In this document: positions 60,001-64,000 of the stretch, one piece after another | Layout of the letters: every line of letters begins with the position of its first letter | How positions within the stretch are numbered: position 1 is the first letter of the stretch | Assembly (NCBI RefSeq): GCF_002571385.2 | Contig: NW_019218015.1 | Span: 10,036 to 74,035 of the forward strand | DNA length: 64,000 nucleotides | DNA from: Stylophora pistillata | Taxonomy: Eukaryota | Direction: 5' to 3' | Position numbers and translations under genes: made by a program | The notes under the pieces: model-generated | Seen by the model: the letters and a program-made list of their open reading frames with translations, nothing else | What the model was told of the DNA's origin: nothing | Database searches by the model: none

Positions 60001-62928
60001 CCCTCCTGACCCAGCTGCCCTGGACACTCAACTGCCTTGCAACCATAGGGTCTCATCCCTCTGGCTGAGCTGTAGCATGGTACAAGCCTCAGTGTCAATC
60101 CTACAAAACAGCATGTGAAATGCATGAGATAGAGTGGCCCATTTTAAGAAGCCCCCTTTTACAGAAAAGCAAGCTCCTAATTAACTGGAGAGTCAAAAGC
60201 CTACCTTCCCCATCCCTGAACTTTAAACCCCTGCACTTTGATGGGGGCCAGGCAGGCTTGAAGGTGGGTGATGCCCACTTCTTTAGACTCTCAACAACCC
60301 TTCAACAACGAGGTGTTCACGCACCAGTTGAGCTGTGGCAGGGGATGAACTTGATTGGCAATCAGGCATGTTTATGACTGTCGTAATGATATAATAAATT
60401 TTTTTAATAAGTGCTCTTGGTTTTTTTGGTGGTGTTTTTGTTGTTTTTTTTCTTATTAAGTTAATACTTATTACTGGCTTGCTGCTTTTTTTTCAATTCT
60501 CTGAAAGCTTGCAACAGCCAGGTGGAAATTTCTGATTACCTCTGTTAAATGTGTGCAAAACACCTTGAGAGCCACAAGACAATAAAGGATTCATTTGAAC
60601 TCTCTCTTCCCCCCCCCCCCCAAAAAAAAATGGGCCAAACAAATAAACAAAGCTAGTACCTCACCACATCACAAATTACATCACTAGACAGGTTGCTTGT
60701 TGGATCAGGTTGCTTGTTGGATCAGTAAACTTCAAATTTACAACTACTTTTAAGTTCCCCCACACTCTTATATGTTCCTGCCGGCCTCTTCCAAATAAGC
60801 CACATCCCTCCTGGCATCTTTGGCTTTGAGTTTTTAATATGCCCCCACTTTATTTGATTTTAACAATTTGTCTTTGTGGTTACATAGTCAATTCCAATAC
60901 TGACCAGTACCATTTAGTGCCTTAGCTAGATTTTTGTTGTAACTTTTCTATTTGTTGTGCTCTGTATCCAGAGGTTAGTCATTGCAGAGGAATTTCATGA
61001 CAAGCCAGCAGAGAGACGTGCTTGTAGTAACCTTGGTAATGCGCATGTTTTCCTTGGGGAGTTTGAGGTTGCAGCTGAATATTACAAGTGAGATAACCTT
61101 TTTAATTGTGTTTTTGAAAGTGAAACCTTTCACTGCTAGATGACTGCTAGGTAACTTATTTTTTTCTTTTTTTTAAACAACTTTATTGGGTTTATAACAT
61201 AGTACTAACTACAAAAAAAAGAAACATATTTCATAGAGACAAATTAAACGAAAATAGGAACAAAAATAATTCTAACCCAAAAGTGCAGGTGCAAATGGGA
61301 CTGGCATCCCATGCGAGGCACCACCCTGTTCCCTTACAGTATTCATTCATTTTTTAGTAGAAAGGTAATGAGAAGAAAGAAAATCATCAACTTGGAAATA
61401 TTATTCAATTTATCACAAAATTCTTAGAGCTAAAATTATAAGAAACTTTTGGGAAGATATTAACGAAGGGAGAATTGAAGTCTTGGAACAAAGGGGTTAA
61501 GATATAACCAGATGACCCTCTGACACTTGAGTGACTAGCATCTAATTTCTCCTTACAAGATCACCTTTGAATCACATGTTAGAGTCACCAGAATAAAGGA
61601 AATGATCACCAACTCGAGATTAGCTCTTGATTGTTAAACAAATTCTCCTTGCCAACACCTTAGGAAATGACTAGAGAACAGTGTTGAGAATGCGCATACT
61701 GGTCAGGTGTTAACCCTTTCACTTACAATGCCAATACAATATCAAGAAGACAAGTGTTGCGAATAAAGAAAAATATCAACCAGTGGATTATTAGTTGATC
61801 AGATACCAAGTTCTCTAAAAAAGGAACATCAGAAGAATTGTATCACAGACAGTAGGGAGAATTACTAAAATGAGATCTCGGGAGTGAAAGGGTTAAGTTG
61901 TAAAGGGTCAGTGTCTTGTGTTCCTGCAAAATGAACTTCACTCTTACTAGACCTCCCTGAGCCTAATAGAGTAAATAATCAGCAGTGAATTGTTATGGAA
62001 TTTTTTTTTACCTCTTGTCGTCACGTTATTGAAAGACACAGTACTCGTGTTTGGTAGCCAAGTTGTTTTGTTTGCTGTTTTCTCACTGATACAAATGTTC
62101 TCAGATAAATTTAAGGTAAAAACAACATTAGACAGCATCTTTTGACAAAATATTTTAGCACAAGCTTTCCATGGCTTTTAAAAATCAAAGCAATTTAATT
62201 TGTTTGATCAACTTCCCGGCCTTCCCCTTCTTCTGCCATTACAGACTAAATAGCCTTCAAAGGATATGGAAAAACAAATTTGACAAAATAGATGACATTT
62301 TAAAAAGGCATGTTTCGACTGTAAGTACTGTCATCTTCAGTTAAAAATGTACAAAGTTGAATTTAAAGTGTATAGTTAATACTCACGGGATAAACAACAG
62401 TTAAGACAAAAAAAAAAAACAATTATATATGCAATTGCAATTGTAATTGCATTTTAAAAATTTCTTTTATTTTGTCAAGTTTGTTGCATATCTGCTCGTA
62501 TCTAGACCATATCGAAAAACATATTTGTGCCTTTGTATACAATGCATTGTATATATCAATGTCATACTGCGGTAAGGAGCGGGTGAGGGAAAACTAAGAA
62601 AAGTAAGTGTAGGAGTTCATTTCCAAGTACAATTTACATCACAGGTGGCAAAAGTGGGAAAGTGTTTCTTTATTTTGTCAAAGATTCTAGACTTCAGTAC
62701 ACCCTAGAACTGAGACAGCTGTATCCCTCGTGGAAACGATATCTAAAAACTTGAAAATGTACCAATGAAGAGTATGTGTGCCAGAAGAAACCATGGCCTG
62801 TAAACCAATCAAAACTCAGGAATTGCAATATTCCATGAGTAGTTTTGATAAGCTTAATATATAATTTTATTTGCAGGAGAACACTGGCTATATCACGTGA
62901 ACTTGGAGACAGGGCGATTGAGGCACAG
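54044..62928 (+). CDS. GPSM2: G-protein-signaling modulator (LGN/Pins/AGS3 family), N-terminal TPR region, partial; continues past the window
   Basis: Exons 54044-54406, 59541-59683, 59831-59954, 60972-61087, 62877-62928 with phases 0/2/0/2/0. Translation: SCMELALEGERLCKAGDCRTGVSFFEAAVQVGTEDLKTLSAVYSQLGNAYFYL...EARALYNLGNVYHAKGK...QGRACGNLGNTHYLLGNF...ERRACSNLGNAHVFLGEF (LGN-type TPR repeats). GoLoco motifs would lie beyond the window. Confidence 0.93.
57820..58385 (-). mobile_element. LINE (L2/CR1) reverse-transcriptase C-terminal fragment, degenerate
   Basis: The - strand reads MFYCSSVWSNTSTKNIQKL*LIQNFAC...KFDHVTPLLDELNWLPV, typical of the L2/CR1 ORF2 C-terminus; contains a stop and a frameshift. 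Confidence 0.8.
58442..58768. mobile_element. TIR element with TAC(T/C)GTATTTATT termini (Tc1/mariner-like MITE)
   Basis: TACTGTATTTATTTGTCTATA...TATAGATGAATAAATACGGTA inverted termini. Confidence 0.65.
58885..59184 (+). mobile_element. tRNA-derived SINE (young copy)
   Basis: TAGCCTCATGG A-box-like and GGTTCGAGCCC B-box head, conserved core, (TTTACC)n tail. Confidence 0.85.
62280..62420 (-). mobile_element. Penelope-like fragment with minimal hammerhead ribozyme core
   Basis: - strand CTGAAGA-TGAC-AGTACTTACA-GTC-GAAA-CATG at 62340-62309. Confidence 0.55.
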
Positions 62929-63195
62929 GTAATTTGAAGTGGTCATCAAACATAGTGTATAGAAAGTGGATGAAGAAAGATGTTGAAGTAGATCGAGGTA
63001 TTATTTACACGTCATTAGCTCTGGACAAAGTAAAGATCTCAGACCACTGGATTTCTCAGTGCCGTGCTGTACCAAAAGAGATTTCATGTTGCCGTACGTC
63101 TGTTCATTAAGAGATCATAGATGGCGTCGAAATGTTTTAAGGACAAAAAAAGTGGCGCACAAGGCGCAACCAAGTGTGTCACTGATGTTCTTACC

Positions 63196-63683
63196 CAGAA
63201 TTCCCGCGCTCCTTGAAAGCCCTTGAATTTAATTTTTTGTTTTCAACGACTTGAAAACCCTTGAATTTAGACTCAGGTGCTTGAAAATTTCTGAAAAGTC
63301 CTTGAAAATTAGTGCAGATGAATCAAAGTCGAAGTTTTCTTTTGTTTTCGGTGTTGATAGCGTAAGTTTCCATCGCAAATCACGAAAACGAGTTTTCCTT
63401 TCAAATCCCGCGTCCGATCACGATATTTGACTTGTGATTTTTGCATATTTTGTACCTGATTAGTGCGTCGAAAATAACCGTGGTTAGCTAGCACGTGATC
63501 ACTCTGATGTGCATGCTTGAAGTCACACTCGTTGGACTTTTCGGCCGGTCCCACACGCAATGTCTTTTACTTGCATTAGCTCCTATTTACTCTAAAAGGT
63601 CCTCGAATTTGAGAGCCAAGGTCCTTGAAAATGACCTAAAAAGTCCTTGAAAGTCCTTGAATTGGGTGACTGCAAGAACCCTG
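63196..63683. mobile_element. hAT-like MITE with 8-bp TSD and (CCTTGAA) subterminal repeats, nested in another repeat
   Basis: CAGAATTC...GAACCCTG termini; TSD TTCTTACC/GTCTTACC (7 of 8 match); many CTTGAA repeats; the host repeat is related to 9760-9880. Confidence 0.75.
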
Positions 63684-64000
63684 GTCTTACCACAGTTTCA
63701 CGCAATCTGTGTCTATTGCCGTGCAGACCCGTGACAACATGGAATTTATTTGTTTCATATGTTAAAAAAGCAAGGTATTGTTCATGATGACGTCATCTAT
63801 GCGTCTGTCTCCAGTAGATCATCATGAAGAACCAATCAAATTACGTTTATCATTCAGCTTAGCATGTACTGAGCTATAGAAAACTCTGTGGTGAGCTAGA
63901 CCATTTCTAAGTAAATATGTGACCAACGCCTTTGAATACTGCCAAGATCGGCAGTGTTGAAATAGTGAAAAAAGAAATGGTAAAAATTTGAACACGGTCG

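Noticed and set aside
63196-63683. Regularly recurring CCTTGAA units, and two-copy repeats at 4375-4490 and 29936-30033, considered as CRISPR-like
   Set aside because: No constant repeat-spacer periodicity and a eukaryotic context; explained by transposon subterminal repeats and simple duplications.

Overview
Eukaryotic (animal) genomic DNA, AT-rich, with two small N gaps (2563-2581, 8943-9058). The repeat repertoire looks like a scleractinian coral or other cnidarian (inference). Four spliced genes sit in two head-to-head pairs. (1) NIT1-type nitrilase-family amidase on the - strand; four coding exons are visible and the gene runs off the left edge. One of its introns is a clear U12 (minor-spliceosome) intron. 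(2) A small C11orf98-like gene on +, starting 235 bp from NIT1. (3) A CEP350/CAP350 centrosomal protein gene on - (52156 to 11182), reconstructed by hand as 39 exons and about 3320 codons. (4) GPSM2/LGN/Pins on + from 54044, running off the right edge. Introns are filled with TTAA-flanked MITEs, tRNA-derived SINEs, LINE 3' fragments, Penelope-type ends with hammerhead-ribozyme cores and long hairpin elements. The most unusual observations are all in CEP350: an in-frame TAA inside an otherwise intact exon (34597-34599); a sharp switch from a CpG-poor 5' half to a CpG-rich 3' half near that stop; no recognisable CAP-Gly domain but an IQ motif; and two long CpG-rich introns with no recognisable transposons, containing many acceptor-like sites followed by short open segments. 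The alternative-exon interpretation of those introns is a hypothesis needing RNA-seq and conservation data. No prokaryotic-type systems, CRISPR arrays or rRNA were seen.
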